This document shows positions 38,288 through 49,903 of a stretch of 64,000 nt of DNA, in pieces; the first letter of the stretch is position 1; each line of letters begins with the position of its first letter. The notes below the pieces were generated by a model. That model did no database searches. It was not told where the DNA came from and saw nothing but the letters and a program-made list of their open reading frames with translations. Both the position numbers and the translations under genes were made by a program. The stretch spans positions 576,001 to 640,000 of the forward strand of contig CAVOUE010000003.1 of the NCBI GenBank assembly GCA_963699545.1. Direction: 5' to 3'. This DNA comes from Nitrospirota bacterium (lineage in GTDB: Bacteria; Nitrospirota; Thermodesulfovibrionia; Thermodesulfovibrionales; UBA9159).

Positions 38288-41200
38288 GTGCAAAAACTCG
38301 CTGAAATCTGTATACGCCGTCCGATCTTTGCGGCAATGCTTATTTTGGCGCTCTGTGTTGTTGGCGGAGCAAGCTACGTCCGTCTCGGTGTCGATCGCTT
38401 CCCCTCTGTCGATCTCCCGACCGTCAGTATCCGCACAGAACTGCCAGGCGCCTCCACAGAAGAGGTTGAGACCGAAATCTCGAAGCGTATAGAGGAGGCG
38501 GTCAACACCATCCAGGGCATCGACGAACTGCGTTCGATCTCCGGGCCCGGAACTTCTGTTGTCATTGTGACCTTCAACCTCAGCCGTGACATAGACACGG
38601 CGACGCAGGACGTGAGGGACCGCGTCGCGACAGTGCTTAAAAACCTGCCCGAGGACGCAACCCCGCCGCTCATATCCAAATCAGACAACGACTCTCAGCC
38701 GGTGCTCACTGTCGCTCTTTCGGGTGAACGTACACTTCGTGAGCTGACCGAACTGGCCGACAAGGTCGTAAAGGTGCGCCTGGAGCGTTCTGACGGGGTG
38801 GGCGATGTGCAGCTTGTCGGCGGCCTGAACCGTGCCATGAACATCTGGGTGGAGGCGGACCGGCTGGAGGCTTACAGGTTCCCGATTACCCTCGTGCGCG
38901 ACGCCATAGTCCGCCAGAACACCGATTCTGCCGGCGGCAACGTGACCCGCGGCCCCCGTGAAGAGACACTCCGGACAATCGGCCGGCTGACAGACGCCCA
39001 GGCCTTTAACAACCTGGAAATAACCAGCATTGATGGCGCGCCGATCAGGATACGCGATATCGGCTGGGCAGAGGACGACGCCAAGGAACAGCGCTCAACA
39101 GCCCGTTTAAACGGTATTCCCACGGTGGTCCTCGAGGTCCGGAGGCAGTCGGGCGCCAATACGGTTGCAGTCATCGAGAGCGTCAAGAAAAATCTCAAGG
39201 CCGCCATGGGAGAACTGCCGGCCGGGCTTGAGCTGACCGTCATCCAGGACCAGTCGCGCTATATCTATGCAGCGCTTCACGAAATCAACGTGCATCTGAT
39301 CCTCGGCAGCATCCTTGCCTCCCTGGTCGTACTTGCCTTCATGCGCAACTGGCGTTCAACCGTGATCGCGGCTGTGGCTATCCCGGCTTCGGTGGTCGCG
39401 ACCTTCGGCATGATGCGCGCGCTCGATTTTACGCTGAACAGTGTGACCATGCTCGCCCTTGTGCTGATGGTGGGGGTTGTGATCGATGACGCCATTGTTG
39501 TCCTCGAAAACATATTCCGTTTTATCGAGGAAAAAGGCATGAAGCCCTTCGAGGCCGCAAAGGCGGCGACCGCTGACATCGGCCTTGCCGTCATGGCTAC
39601 TACGCTTTCACTCGTCGTTATCTTTATCCCGGTTTCTTTTATGTCGAGCATCTCAGGCCGCTTTCTCTATCAGTTCGGGATCACGGCAGCGGTGGCTGTC
39701 ATGGTAAGCCTGCTCGTTTCCTTTACCCTCACTCCTATGATGAGCGCACGACTGTTGCGGCCGGTGAGACCCGAGTCCGGTAACAACGATAACAAGGAAG
39801 AGGCGCCCCGGTCCCGGGGCGGATTCTATCGATGGCTCGACGAGGGGTACGGCAAGGTCCTCGCCTTTGCCATGCGTAATCGGCTTACGGTTGTCCTGAT
39901 TTCACTAGTGGTTATCATGTCTACAATCCCGTTGTATAAACTGCTTAAGCAGGATTACCTGCCGGGCAATGTGGACGAAGGCGAGTTTAACGTTAATGTC
40001 ACCGCTCCCCAGGGCACGAGTCTTGCCGCTATGGACGAGATCATGCTCGCAATAGGAAAAGAGATCCGGGATGTGCCGGGAGTTCAGATTGTACTCACTA
40101 CGGCCGGAGGCGGCTTCATCGGAGGAGTGAGCGAAGGCAGGACCTACGTGCGGCTCGCTCCCCACGAGGAGCGTGTCTTTTCCCTTGGGCTGCTCGCAAA
40201 AAACACTCTTGCGGGCAGGCCTCTTGCCACATTCCGGCAGATTGTCTCCCAGGCTGAAATCATGCAGGAGGTGCGGAAACGGCTGAAAAAATTCCGGGAC
40301 CTGAGGATCTCTGTGCGTAACCTGACCGGATTCAATATAGGCGGTGGCAGCTCTGAAATAGACTTCGTGCTGCGCGGGCCGGACCTCAATGCGCTCTATT
40401 CCTACGCTGAAGGCCTGCGGACCAGGGCAGATGCCCTCGGGATCATGGACGCGGACACGACCCTCAAGCTGGACAAGCCGGAACTGCGTATCCAGCTCGA
40501 CAGGGCCAGGGCCGACGATCTCGGAGTCGATCCCGGCCGGATAGGCACTGCGATCAGGCTCCTGGTTGGCGGTGATCAGGAGGTTTCACGGTTCCGGGAC
40601 CCTGCTGTCAACGAAGATTACGACGTTGAGTTACGGCTGCGTGAAGAGGACCGCGCGAATCCGGCTACCATAGGGCGGCTGTTTGTGGCCCGTGATGACG
40701 GCAGTCTTGTGCGTCTTGACAACGTGGCGCGGATCGAACAGATCAAGAGCGCCTCACGCATCGACCGCCTCAACCGGCAGCGGGAAGTCCGCCTGCGTGC
40801 GTCGGTAGCGCCGGGTTACGGCCTGGCGGACCGGCTGGCGGCCCTAAGGGCGGCTGTTACAGAGATGAATCTGCCTTCCGCCTACACAACCGCTGTCTCA
40901 GGCCGGGGACGGGAGCTCGAACGGACCTTCGGCGAATTCATCTGGGCCTTTGCCCTTTCAATGGTCTTCATGTACATGATCCTTGCCTCCCAGTTCGAAA
41001 ACCTCATCCACCCCTTCACCATCCTGCTGTCGCTGCCGCTGACAGTCCCCTTTGCGCTTCTGTCGCTCTGGCTCACCGGCAACTCGCTTAACCTTTATTC
41101 CGCCCTGGGCATCCTGGTGCTCTTCGGAGTGGTCAAGAAAAATGCCATCCTCCAGATCGACCACATGAACAACCTGCGGGCTGCCGGCATGGAACGTTCC

Positions 41201-41485
41201 GCGGCCATCCTGCAGGGCAACCGCGACCGGCTGAGGCCGATCCTTATGACCACGCTGACCTTTGTGGCCGGTATGATCCCTCTGGCTGTCGGCACCGGCC
41301 CTGGTTCCGAGGAGCGCCGTGTGATAGCAGTCGTTGTGATCGGGGGACAGACGCTCTCTCTCCTTCTGACCCTCATCGCCACTCCGGTCGTCTATTCACT
41401 TTTGGACGACCTGGGGTTTGCCTTCACAAAATGGCGGCGGCCCGGCTCAGGGAAGTTGTCCGCAGTCCGTCCGGTCAATTGGTGA
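38288..41485 (+). CDS. RND efflux permease (AcrB/AcrD/AcrF family)
   Basis: IRRPIFA; VIDDAIVVLENI; KNAIL; RLRPILMT. Confidence 0.96.
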   Translation: MQKLAEICIRRPIFAAMLILALCVVGGASYVRLGVDRFPSVDLPTVSIRTELPGASTEEVETEISKRIEEAVNTIQGIDELRSISGPGTSVVIVTFNLSRDIDTATQDVRDRVATVLKNLPEDATPPLISKSDNDSQPVLTVALSGERTLRELTELADKVVKVRLERSDGVGDVQLVGGLNRAMNIWVEADRLEAYRFPITLVRDAIVRQNTDSAGGNVTRGPREETLRTIGRLTDAQAFNNLEITSIDGAPIRIRDIGWAEDDAKEQRSTARLNGIPTVVLEVRRQSGANTVAVIESVKKNLKAAMGELPAGLELTVIQDQSRYIYAALHEINVHLILGSILASLVVLAFMRNWRSTVIAAVAIPASVVATFGMMRALDFTLNSVTMLALVLMVGVVIDDAIVVLENIFRFIEEKGMKPFEAAKAATADIGLAVMATTLSLVVIFIPVSFMSSISGRFLYQFGITAAVAVMVSLLVSFTLTPMMSARLLRPVRPESGNNDNKEEAPRSRGGFYRWLDEGYGKVLAFAMRNRLTVVLISLVVIMSTIPLYKLLKQDYLPGNVDEGEFNVNVTAPQGTSLAAMDEIMLAIGKEIRDVPGVQIVLTTAGGGFIGGVSEGRTYVRLAPHEERVFSLGLLAKNTLAGRPLATFRQIVSQAEIMQEVRKRLKKFRDLRISVRNLTGFNIGGGSSEIDFVLRGPDLNALYSYAEGLRTRADALGIMDADTTLKLDKPELRIQLDRARADDLGVDPGRIGTAIRLLVGGDQEVSRFRDPAVNEDYDVELRLREEDRANPATIGRLFVARDDGSLVRLDNVARIEQIKSASRIDRLNRQREVRLRASVAPGYGLADRLAALRAAVTEMNLPSAYTTAVSGRGRELERTFGEFIWAFALSMVFMYMILASQFENLIHPFTILLSLPLTVPFALLSLWLTGNSLNLYSALGILVLFGVVKKNAILQIDHMNNLRAAGMERSAAILQGNRDRLRPILMTTLTFVAGMIPLAVGTGPGSEERRVIAVVVIGGQTLSLLLTLIATPVVYSLLDDLGFAFTKWRRPGSGKLSAVRPVNW

Positions 41486-41576
41486 TGCCAAGTCATTACT
41501 TAGATCGATAGTGCCGATGACTGCTTGGATTTCCTGGAACAATCGGCCCTGTCCGCACGTGAAAGGAAGATCGAGT

Positions 41577-41858
41577 TTAAGCGCCGATGCGGTTCTTCAT
41601 TCGATCGTAGATGTCCTTCCGATGGCCGATACCAAGAACTATGATCATCGAACGGTCGAATTCAAAAATAACACGGTAGTCGCCGATGCGGAGCTTCCAG
41701 TATCCCTTCAGCGTCCTCCTCAACGGCACGGCATACTGTTCAGGATACGTGGTCAGCTTTGTTTCGATCGCATTCTTTACCGTAAGCTTCATAGCAGCTG
41801 GCAACGCCGGGATATCATGTTTCACTACTTCCTTGTGATAGCTGATAGTAAATGACAC
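41577..41858 (-). CDS. RelE/ParE-family toxin
   Basis: PLRRTLKGYWKLRIGDYRVIF...IGHRKDIY. Confidence 0.92.
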   Translation of the reverse strand: MSFTISYHKEVVKHDIPALPAAMKLTVKNAIETKLTTYPEQYAVPLRRTLKGYWKLRIGDYRVIFEFDRSMIIVLGIGHRKDIYDRMKNRIGA

Positions 41859-41859
41859 T

Positions 41860-42087
41860 TCAGCTCCAGGCCTTTTTATGAGAAACAAGCTCCGACTTCT
41901 TGAGAGATTTCTTCCTCTCATCCGCAAGCGCAGCCAAAGCTATGTCCTCCTGGATCTCCAGCGCATCCTCGATGAGATCCTCGACAACGGAAGACATCGA
42001 AAGACCTCTTGCTTCTGAAAGGGTCTGCACATCAGCATAAATACGCGGATTCAAAACGACATTTATGCGGGGTTTTTTCGTAGGCAT
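41860..42087 (-). CDS. RHH/CopG-type antitoxin
   Basis: RBS GGAGG; MPTKKPRINVVL...SMSSVVEDLI...EDIAL...SHKKAW; directly upstream of toxin. Confidence 0.88.
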   Translation of the reverse strand: MPTKKPRINVVLNPRIYADVQTLSEARGLSMSSVVEDLIEDALEIQEDIALAALADERKKSLKKSELVSHKKAWS

Positions 42088-42339
42088 AAACACCTCCCTT
42101 GTCTTTTCCATAGTGTAACACAAATAGCACACTGTACAAAAGACAGGGAAAAATATTCAACATACATAATTCCTATGGAAAACTAGGGACACATGTTAAT
42201 GCTCAGCGCCGGAGGCAGACAAACCGGCCCTGCCTCATCGAACCGTGTCAGTCCGGGCTTCTGCCTCCGCAAGTGACGCCCCTTGTCCTGGAAACCCATA
42301 TTGTCAGAATCCTCTGTAATGATGTAGAATTTATCAACT

Positions 42340-42852
42340 ATGGTCTTCGATAGCAAAACAGTGAAGAAATACTTTTCCTGGGCGCTGGATACGGCCAAAG
42401 AATCCCACCTGCGAGTGCTCAGCGATGTTCCCCTCTTTAAGGGCATAGGCAAGAAACTTCGCAGGAAACTGCTCATCGACCTCATTGAAAAGAAATACAC
42501 AACGGGTGATGTCATTTTTCACGAGGGGGAAAGCGGAAAGGCGGTCTATGTCGTCCTGGAAGGATCGGTAAAAATAATCAAGAGGTCGAGTTCAGAGAAC
42601 AAGACCCTTGCTGTGCTCGGGCCGGGGTCCCATTTCGGTGAGCTCGCCCTCATCGACCAATGTTCCCGCTTCGCGACTGCCATCACAGAAAAGGACGCCC
42701 TGCTTTTGATCATGTACAAATCGTATTTTGACGACCTTATCCGGGGGAACAGCGCCATCTCCTCCAGGATTCTTCTGAACCTGGCCGAAATCCTGTCAAG
42801 CTACATACACCGTGACCAGTCTGAAAGAAATGATCAAAAGACGTCGTCATGA
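42340..42852 (+). CDS. Cyclic nucleotide-binding domain protein
   Basis: VPLF; IFHEGE; FGELALID..RFATA. Confidence 0.9.
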   Translation: MVFDSKTVKKYFSWALDTAKESHLRVLSDVPLFKGIGKKLRRKLLIDLIEKKYTTGDVIFHEGESGKAVYVVLEGSVKIIKRSSSENKTLAVLGPGSHFGELALIDQCSRFATAITEKDALLLIMYKSYFDDLIRGNSAISSRILLNLAEILSSYIHRDQSERNDQKTSS

Positions 42853-44000
42853 CCGATGAAAGGCATCAGGGCGGCCCTTCGCTGACCGATGTGCGGAAGC
42901 TGCATCATCAGATGCCGAGATGGACCATGCTCCTTCTCATAGTCGGTGTTGCGGCAGTCGTCGCTTCTCGTATCACGCACCTCATCATGATGCTGATCGC
43001 CGCAGCGGCGATTGCCTATATCTTCAGCTCGGTCATCAGCGCCTTTGAAAGGCTTGGGATCAAGAGGAGCGTGGCGGTCATTCTGCTTTTTGTGCTCGCT
43101 TCCGTGTTCGTCGTTGCCGCAGATCTTATCTTCATCCCCGACCTTAAACAGGAGATCATGAATGCCTATGCAAAGTTTCCCGCGTTCTCGTGTCACATAC
43201 AGGACGCTCTTTTGCTGAGCGCACAAAGCAGCGCACAGACATATCCTGTCCTTGGGTCAAGTATCATGAAGCTTGTTGACAATGTGTTCGGTCCAAACGG
43301 AGTTATCGAACGGACGCTCAACGCTTCAGAGATTTTCATGCAGGCGACGTCATTTATTATGGCGCTCATTCTCGTCCCTTTTTTCGTCTTCTTTCTGCTC
43401 AAGGACTGGCCGAGCCTGCTGAGAAAAGTTATGGACTGGGTTCCGCCGTCATACGTAGAGACGACTATTTCAGTCATTGCAGAGATCAATATCCTCGTGG
43501 GAAAGTATCTCCGCGGGCTTGCCGCCGACTGTTTTTGTGTAGGGATATTGGCTTCAATGGGACTCTGGCTCATGGGGATCAACTATCCTATTATGCTTGG
43601 CATCTTGAGTGGTGTGGCGAATATCGTACCGTATCTTGGCCCTATCATCGGGTGCCTGGTATCCTCTCTCGTCGCCCTGATGCAGTACAACAGCCTTGAT
43701 CCCGTGCTGAATGTTCTTCTCCTGTACGTCGCCATAAAGCTCATGGACGACCTCGTTATACAGCCGTTGATGATCGGTAAGAGCGTGCACCTCCATCCCA
43801 TGCTCCTTGTTATTACGTTGATCATAGGGGAGAAGCTCTTCGGCATAAGCGGTATGATACTTGGGGTTCCCATCGTCACTGCTGCCCAGAAGACTGCCGG
43901 AATCCTGCTCGAACATCGACGGGGAACACTGAGGAGGGAATGCGCGAGAAGGCTCATACCGCTGCATCACGTTGACAAATCTCCCGTCAGGCCGATCTAG
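42849..44000 (+). CDS. AI-2E family transporter
   Basis: FFLLKD; NIVPYLGP; QPLMIGKSVHLHP. Confidence 0.92.
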   Translation: MTDERHQGGPSLTDVRKLHHQMPRWTMLLLIVGVAAVVASRITHLIMMLIAAAAIAYIFSSVISAFERLGIKRSVAVILLFVLASVFVVAADLIFIPDLKQEIMNAYAKFPAFSCHIQDALLLSAQSSAQTYPVLGSSIMKLVDNVFGPNGVIERTLNASEIFMQATSFIMALILVPFFVFFLLKDWPSLLRKVMDWVPPSYVETTISVIAEINILVGKYLRGLAADCFCVGILASMGLWLMGINYPIMLGILSGVANIVPYLGPIIGCLVSSLVALMQYNSLDPVLNVLLLYVAIKLMDDLVIQPLMIGKSVHLHPMLLVITLIIGEKLFGISGMILGVPIVTAAQKTAGILLEHRRGTLRRECARRLIPLHHVDKSPVRPI

Positions 44001-44191
44001 CTCTTTTCTTAACCATTAACCGGCCGCGATCAGCCACACCACCCGAAGCCCATGCTCACTATGGTCAAGGGGACACGCATCTTCACATATTCCCAAAGAC
44101 CGAGGTTCTTCGGGCGTGCACCTTCGACGTACAATTTATGTCAATCTGATCGCCTTTTTGTGTCATGTGCTCCAGTGGTCAACTAAATAGG

Positions 44192-44221
44192 CTTGACAAG
44201 CATCGACTCAACTAGTATCAT
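44192..44221 (+). promoter_or_regulatory. sigma70 promoter overlapped by HAIR (HspR operator)
   Basis: TTGACA 44193-44198, 17 bp spacer, TATCAT 44216-44221; CTTGACA-N7-ACTCAAC 44192-44212 versus HAIR CTTGAGT-N7-ACTCAAG. Confidence 0.75.
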
Positions 44222-44260
44222 ATGAATTAGAGAAATGCACGATGGTGAGGAGCTAAAGAG

Positions 44261-45337
44261 ATGCCGGCAGCGGTGAATGATTATTACGAAATACTTGGTG
44301 TGCCGAAGGGCGCCTCCCAGGATGACATCAAGAAGGCGTTCAGGAAACTTGCGCGCAAATATCACCCTGACCTCAATCCCGGCGACAAGACAGCAGAGCA
44401 TAAGTTCAAGGAGATAAATGAGGCGAACACGGTGCTGGGCGACCCGAAAAAGAGAGAGGAATATGACCGCTTCGGCAAGGCGCCCTTTGAATCCGGTGGC
44501 GCATGGTACGAAGAGGTCAGGACACCGAGCTATGAGGACATATTCGAATTCGGGATGGGCGATATCTTTGGAAGATCATCGGGAGCCGGGGGGCAGCACG
44601 CAAAGGGCGCGGACATTCTCGCGAGCGTTACCGTCTCTTTTGAGGAAGCCTTCACAGGCACGCAGAGAACGGTAGTTGCCAAACGGGAGTCAGACTGCCA
44701 GACATGCAGGGGAACCGGGGCAGAATCCTACGAGACCTGCCAGAGATGCAAGGGAAGTGGAATGCTCCAGACGTCAAGGGGGTTTTTCAGGATGCAGCAG
44801 GCCTGCCCTGAATGCAGGGGCAGCGGCAGGAGAGTAACAAAGGCCTGCAGGGCCTGCGGAGGCAGAGGCACGCTCATTTCCTCTGATACGGTAAAAGTGA
44901 AGATACCCGCGGGTGTGGATAACGGTTCAAGGGTGAAGGTGAAGGGTAAGGGAGATGCGGGTGCTGGAGGTGGTCCGCCCGGCGACCTTTATATCGAAGT
45001 GACGGTGAGACATCACGCGTTCTTCAGAAGGGAGGGCAATGACCTCTCGATAGAAGTTCCCCTGACCTTCGGGGAGGCTGCCCTTGGCGCGAAGATAGAG
45101 GTACCGACAATGGATGGTGTTACGATGATGACCATCCCGCCGGGAACCCAGGGAGGGCAGAAGTTCAAACTGACGGGCAAGGGGTTCCCCTCACCCAAGA
45201 CAGGAGTGCGGGGGAATCTGTACGTGAACATAAAGATAACGGTCCCGAAGGATTTGAACGACAGGACAAGAGAGGCATTAAAGGAGATAGAGGGATCATA
45301 CAGGGAAAATCCGCGGAGGGGGTTATTTAACCGATGA
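44261..45337 (+). CDS. dnaJ: DnaJ chaperone
   Basis: HPD J-domain; four CxxCxGxG motifs. Confidence 0.93.
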   Translation: MPAAVNDYYEILGVPKGASQDDIKKAFRKLARKYHPDLNPGDKTAEHKFKEINEANTVLGDPKKREEYDRFGKAPFESGGAWYEEVRTPSYEDIFEFGMGDIFGRSSGAGGQHAKGADILASVTVSFEEAFTGTQRTVVAKRESDCQTCRGTGAESYETCQRCKGSGMLQTSRGFFRMQQACPECRGSGRRVTKACRACGGRGTLISSDTVKVKIPAGVDNGSRVKVKGKGDAGAGGGPPGDLYIEVTVRHHAFFRREGNDLSIEVPLTFGEAALGAKIEVPTMDGVTMMTIPPGTQGGQKFKLTGKGFPSPKTGVRGNLYVNIKITVPKDLNDRTREALKEIEGSYRENPRRGLFNR

Positions 45338-45684
45338 CGGGCTCGAAGGATAAAAAACAGCCGGTATTCATGATCAGTGTCGTTTCGCGGATGCTCGGAG
45401 TGCATCCCCAGACCCTCAGACTCTACGAGAGGGAGGGTCTGGTCACGCCCCAGAGGACGAAAAGGACGAGGCTGTATTCCCAGGAAGACGTGGAGAGGCT
45501 GGCCATGATCCTCAGACTCACAAGGGAGATGGGCGTGAACAGGGCAGGGGTTGAGGTAATACTGAGGCTGAGACACAGGTTGGAGGTCCTTCAAAAGGAG
45601 ATGGACGAAATGATGCAGTTCCTGGAGGAGGATCTCAGGAGTGATTTTATGAAGCGGATGAGAAAAATGTTTTTTGAGGAATAG
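45334..45684 (+). CDS. hspR: MerR-family heat-shock repressor HspR
   Basis: [23 protein letters not shown]...GVNRAG; lies between dnaJ and clpB. Confidence 0.88.
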   Translation: MTGSKDKKQPVFMISVVSRMLGVHPQTLRLYEREGLVTPQRTKRTRLYSQEDVERLAMILRLTREMGVNRAGVEVILRLRHRLEVLQKEMDEMMQFLEEDLRSDFMKRMRKMFFEE

Positions 45685-45706
45685 TTCCTGAGTTAAGGAG
45701 GAAATT

Positions 45707-48352
45707 ATGAGAATGGACAGATTGACGATAAAGAGCCAGGAGGCGCTGCAGGATGCGCAGAGGTTTGCAGAGAGGAAGGGGAACCAGGAGCTCCAGCCCG
45801 AGCATCTCTTGTGGGCGCTCATGGAGGACGAAGAGGGCGTTGCGGTCCAGATCCTGAAGAGACTGGGAGTCGATACAAAACAATTGCAAACAGATCTCGA
45901 CAAGGAAATCGACCGTTTGCCCAAGGTCACGGGCGCGACCCCCCTTGGGCAGCTGTACATTTCTTCAAGGCTCAAGGAAGTCATCGAAAAGGCGTTCAGG
46001 GAGGCAGAGCATCTCACTGACGAGTATGTGAGCGTCGAACACCTTCTCGTGGCCCTCATATCCATCGGCGGGTCGTGCGCCGAACTCCTTGAAAGGTACG
46101 GGGTCACTTCGGACAAGTCCATGGCTGCCCTGCGGGAGATACGGGGCGCGCAGCGCGTCACCGACCCCAACCCGGAAGACAAGTATCAGGCCCTTACCCG
46201 TTACAGCAAGGACCTGACAGCCCTTGCAAGGAAGGGGAAACTGGACCCTGTGATCGGCAGGGATGACGAGATACGGAGGATCATCCAGGTCCTTTCGAGG
46301 AGGACGAAGAACAACCCCGTGCTGATCGGCGAGCCGGGTGTTGGGAAGACGGCCATAGCAGAGGGTCTCGCCCAGAGGATAGTGGCGGGTGATGTCCCGG
46401 AAACGCTGAAGGACAAGCGGGTGGTTGCCCTGGACATGGGCGCCCTGGTGGCGGGCTCAAAATACAGGGGTGAATTCGAAGAACGGCTTAAGGCTGTCCT
46501 TAAAGAGATTGAGCAGGCTGAGGGCAAGGTAATTCTCTTCATCGATGAACTTCATACCCTGGTGGGCGCAGGGGCGGCAGAGGGCGCCATTGACGCGTCC
46601 AACATGCTGAAGCCGGCGCTGGCAAGGGGCGATTTGCGGTGTGTAGGCGCCACCACTCTTGACGAATACAGGAAGCACATAGAAAAAGATCCGGCTTTGG
46701 AGAGGAGGTTCCAGCCTGTCCTCATAAAAGAGCCCACCGTGGAGGATACGATCTCGATCCTCAGGGGTCTGAAAGAGCGGTATGAGGTCCACCACGGGGT
46801 AAAGATCAAGGATTCCGCCCTTATTTCCGCCGCGGTCCTGTCCAATCGCTACATTACCGACAGGTTCTTGCCTGACAAGGCGATAGACCTTATCGACGAA
46901 TCGGCCTCGAAGCTCAGGATGGAGATCGACTCCATGCCCATTGAGCTGGATGAACTGGAGAGGAAACTCAGGCAGCTTGAAATTGAAAAACAGGCTTTGA
47001 TGAAGGACGGGTCAAGGGACGCGAAGGAGAAACTGGACAAGATAGGGAAAGAGATGGCGGAACTCCAGGAACGGAGGGATGAGTTCAGGGCCCAGTGGCT
47101 CAGCGAGAAGGAGATCATCGCCAAGATCAGAGAGATCAAGGAACAGACGGAGAAGACAAAGATAGAATCCGAAAGAGCGGAGCGCGAAGGAGACCTGTCA
47201 AAGGCCGCCGAATTGAAGTATGGGAAACTTCCCGAACTCCAGAAGGCCCTCGACGCCCAGAACAAAAGGCTTATGGAAACTCAGTCGAGGCGGAAGATGC
47301 TCAAGGAAGAGGTGGACGAGGAAGACATCGCAGAGGTCGTCTCGAAGTGGACAGGGGTTCCTGTTTCGAGAATGCTTGAGGGCGAGATACAGAAACTCCT
47401 GCACATGGAAGACAGGCTGAGGCTGAGGGTGGTCGGTCAGGACGACGCGATCATCGCAGTGGCGAATGCGGTACGGCGTGCGCGGGCGGGAATCCAGGAC
47501 ATGAACAGGCCGATAGGGTCCTTTATATTCCTCGGTCCCACCGGTGTGGGAAAGACAGAACTGGCAAAGGCCCTGGCAGAGTTTCTCTTTGATGACGAAA
47601 ATGCGATGCAGCGTATCGACATGTCTGAATATCAGGAAAGGCATACCATATCGAGGCTCATCGGTGCTCCTCCCGGCTATGTGGGGTACGAGGAAGGCGG
47701 CCAGCTCACCGAAGCGGTAAGGAGAAGGCCATACTCTGTGATCCTGTTTGATGAGGTCGAGAAGGCCCATGCGGAGGTATTCAGTCTCCTTCTGCAGCTC
47801 CTGGACGATGGGAGGCTCACCGACGGACACGGCAGGACCGTTGACTTCCGGAATACCGTGGTGATCATGACCTCCAACATCGGGAGCACTCATATTCAGG
47901 AGATCCTCGAGGGAAGGGAGAAGCGTCCCGCAGTATACTGGGGGAAGAGCAATAACGAGGATCTCAGGGAAAGTGTGATGAACGACCTGAAGGCATTCTT
48001 CAAACCGGAATTCCTCAACAGGGTGGATGAGATCATCCTCTTCAATCCCCTTTCGAAGGCTCTCCTGAAGGAGATCGTAGACATCCAGGTGAAGAGGATG
48101 AAGAAATACCTCTTTGAAAAGGGGATCGACCTGGTGCTCACCGATGCCGCGAAGGAAAGGCTTGGCGATATCGGGTATGACCCTGTGTATGGCGCGAGGC
48201 CGTTGAAGCGGGTGATGCAGAGGGAGATTTTGAACCCGCTGGCCGTAAAGCTCCTTGATGGGACATTCAGGGATGGGGACGTTGTCGAAGTAGATGTGGA
48301 ACGTGACGGGCTTGTATTCAGGAAACTTGCGGAGGCGGAGGTGGGAGCGTGA
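45707..48352 (+). CDS. clpB: ClpB disaggregase
   Basis: GEPGVGKT and [11 protein letters not shown] domains with coiled-coil middle domain. Confidence 0.98.
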   Translation: MRMDRLTIKSQEALQDAQRFAERKGNQELQPEHLLWALMEDEEGVAVQILKRLGVDTKQLQTDLDKEIDRLPKVTGATPLGQLYISSRLKEVIEKAFREAEHLTDEYVSVEHLLVALISIGGSCAELLERYGVTSDKSMAALREIRGAQRVTDPNPEDKYQALTRYSKDLTALARKGKLDPVIGRDDEIRRIIQVLSRRTKNNPVLIGEPGVGKTAIAEGLAQRIVAGDVPETLKDKRVVALDMGALVAGSKYRGEFEERLKAVLKEIEQAEGKVILFIDELHTLVGAGAAEGAIDASNMLKPALARGDLRCVGATTLDEYRKHIEKDPALERRFQPVLIKEPTVEDTISILRGLKERYEVHHGVKIKDSALISAAVLSNRYITDRFLPDKAIDLIDESASKLRMEIDSMPIELDELERKLRQLEIEKQALMKDGSRDAKEKLDKIGKEMAELQERRDEFRAQWLSEKEIIAKIREIKEQTEKTKIESERAEREGDLSKAAELKYGKLPELQKALDAQNKRLMETQSRRKMLKEEVDEEDIAEVVSKWTGVPVSRMLEGEIQKLLHMEDRLRLRVVGQDDAIIAVANAVRRARAGIQDMNRPIGSFIFLGPTGVGKTELAKALAEFLFDDENAMQRIDMSEYQERHTISRLIGAPPGYVGYEEGGQLTEAVRRRPYSVILFDEVEKAHAEVFSLLLQLLDDGRLTDGHGRTVDFRNTVVIMTSNIGSTHIQEILEGREKRPAVYWGKSNNEDLRESVMNDLKAFFKPEFLNRVDEIILFNPLSKALLKEIVDIQVKRMKKYLFEKGIDLVLTDAAKERLGDIGYDPVYGARPLKRVMQREILNPLAVKLLDGTFRDGDVVEVDVERDGLVFRKLAEAEVGA

Positions 48353-48489
48353 ACGATCTTCCATGCGACTGATTGCCCGGTCCTGACGCTCTTCCCCCCT
48401 TCCCTACTTTACCGACTAAATCGTTCTATGAAATGAAACCCTGCCTCTGCGCTAAAAGGCGCAAGAGTGCTTTTTTCACCCGTGACGGC

Positions 48490-48517
48490 CGTTTGACCTG
48501 CCAAGAATTGTCAAACG
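48490..48517. promoter_or_regulatory. Inverted repeat, candidate enhancer-binding-protein site
   Basis: CGTTTGAC-N12-GTCAAACG about 120 bp upstream of a sigma54 promoter. Confidence 0.45.
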
Positions 48518-48637
48518 CCTTTCCCCCAGTCCCGGAAAGCGGTTTCTCATTGCAAAAAAGAGAAGAAAAATGGTAATCTCAAAGGGCCTGTGAGGGGTAG
48601 TCGCGGAGGGGCGGCAGGTTCTGACTTCCTAGGGAAG

Positions 48638-48653
48638 TGGCATGTTATTTGCT
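48638..48653 (+). promoter_or_regulatory. sigma54 promoter
   Basis: TGGCATG-TTAT-TTGCT; GGAGG RBS and ATG follow. Confidence 0.8.
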
Positions 48654-48692
48654 AAGTGTTTATCGTAAGACATTCCTTGGAGGAACTGAATA

Positions 48693-49892
48693 ATGAACAT
48701 AAGCATGCCAAGAAAGATACATGAGAAGCCCTTTACAATGCCTGCCATTTTTTTGTTTTTTGTCGTCGTCCTGCTGTTTGTTCACGGACAGGCCTTTGGA
48801 TTAGCCGTCAACTACTTCTCCTCCATTCCCACACCTGGTCACAATCCCATCAGGATAGCGTCGGACAACGCCGGCACATTGTACGTTGCGGCGTCAGCCT
48901 CGGGAAAGATTCTCAAGTATTCTCAGGATGGCTCGGCGCTCGGCTCCATAAACGGCTTTGCAAAACCGATTTCAGTGGCGGTGGACAGTTCCGGAAGGAT
49001 ATATGTCGGGGATTTCCAAGACGGAAGCGTAAATGTCGTGAGCTCAGACGGGCAGGCCCTCTTCAGTCTGGGGAAAGGCGAGGGAGAGTTCGGCATGCCG
49101 GGGGATATTGCGATCGGTTCTAACGGCTCTGTCTACGTTACCGATAGTCCGAACAATGTTGTCAAGGTGTATGGATCCGACGGCGCCTATCAGTTCTCCT
49201 TTGGAGGTTTTGGCACAGGTCCTGGCCAGATGATATTCCCGACCGGCATTGCTTTGGACGACACAAATCAGGAGATCTACGTGGTTGACTGCACCAATGG
49301 AAGGGTGGAGGTCTTCACTCTTGGAGGAGTTCTAAAGCGAAGTCTTGGCAGCTACGGCTCGGGGCAGGGTAAGCTCACAAGACCTCAGGGAATCCACGTC
49401 TATGGCGGAAAGGTGTATGTGACGGATGCGTACCAGAGCACTGTTGAGATCTTCGATACCAGTGGGACTTTTGTCCAATTCATAGGGCAGTTTGGCACCG
49501 GCCAGGGCAACCTGAAACTCCCCATGGATGTTACCACCATCGGTACCCGTCTCTTTGTCTCAAACACCGATAACCAGAGGGTGGAGGTATTTGATATCGT
49601 GAACCGGCAGGGATTGAGCATATCTCCTTCAGCGTTCTCGTTTACCGCCTATATCGGTACGAATCCCGGCGCAATTCGGACATTCCCGGAGGATAGGACA
49701 GTCCCAGCCCTCTCTGCCGTGGACTGGACCGGCGACGGCGCTGCGGAGATCCTCGCGGGCCCAGGCGGAGACCGGGACAACGATACGACGGTGAGAATCT
49801 ATGATCTCAGGGGAGCGGTACTAAATGAGTTTAAAGCCTTCGGTGCGTCTGCAAAATATTTTGCGAACGCAGCCTCTGGCATAAAGCAGTGA
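48693..49892 (+). CDS. Secreted NHL-repeat beta-propeller protein
   Basis: Signal peptide; repeated P.GIA.D..G.IYV.D..N..V.VF; FG-GAP-like DWTGDG tail. Confidence 0.9.
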   Translation: MNISMPRKIHEKPFTMPAIFLFFVVVLLFVHGQAFGLAVNYFSSIPTPGHNPIRIASDNAGTLYVAASASGKILKYSQDGSALGSINGFAKPISVAVDSSGRIYVGDFQDGSVNVVSSDGQALFSLGKGEGEFGMPGDIAIGSNGSVYVTDSPNNVVKVYGSDGAYQFSFGGFGTGPGQMIFPTGIALDDTNQEIYVVDCTNGRVEVFTLGGVLKRSLGSYGSGQGKLTRPQGIHVYGGKVYVTDAYQSTVEIFDTSGTFVQFIGQFGTGQGNLKLPMDVTTIGTRLFVSNTDNQRVEVFDIVNRQGLSISPSAFSFTAYIGTNPGAIRTFPEDRTVPALSAVDWTGDGAAEILAGPGGDRDNDTTVRIYDLRGAVLNEFKAFGASAKYFANAASGIKQ

Positions 49893-49903
49893 AAGGGGTC
49901 GTC

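Noticed and set aside
35046-48364. Long antisense ORFs (35046-36134, 45013-46182, 47198-48364)
   Set aside because: Shadows of well-supported genes on the opposite strand in GC-rich DNA.
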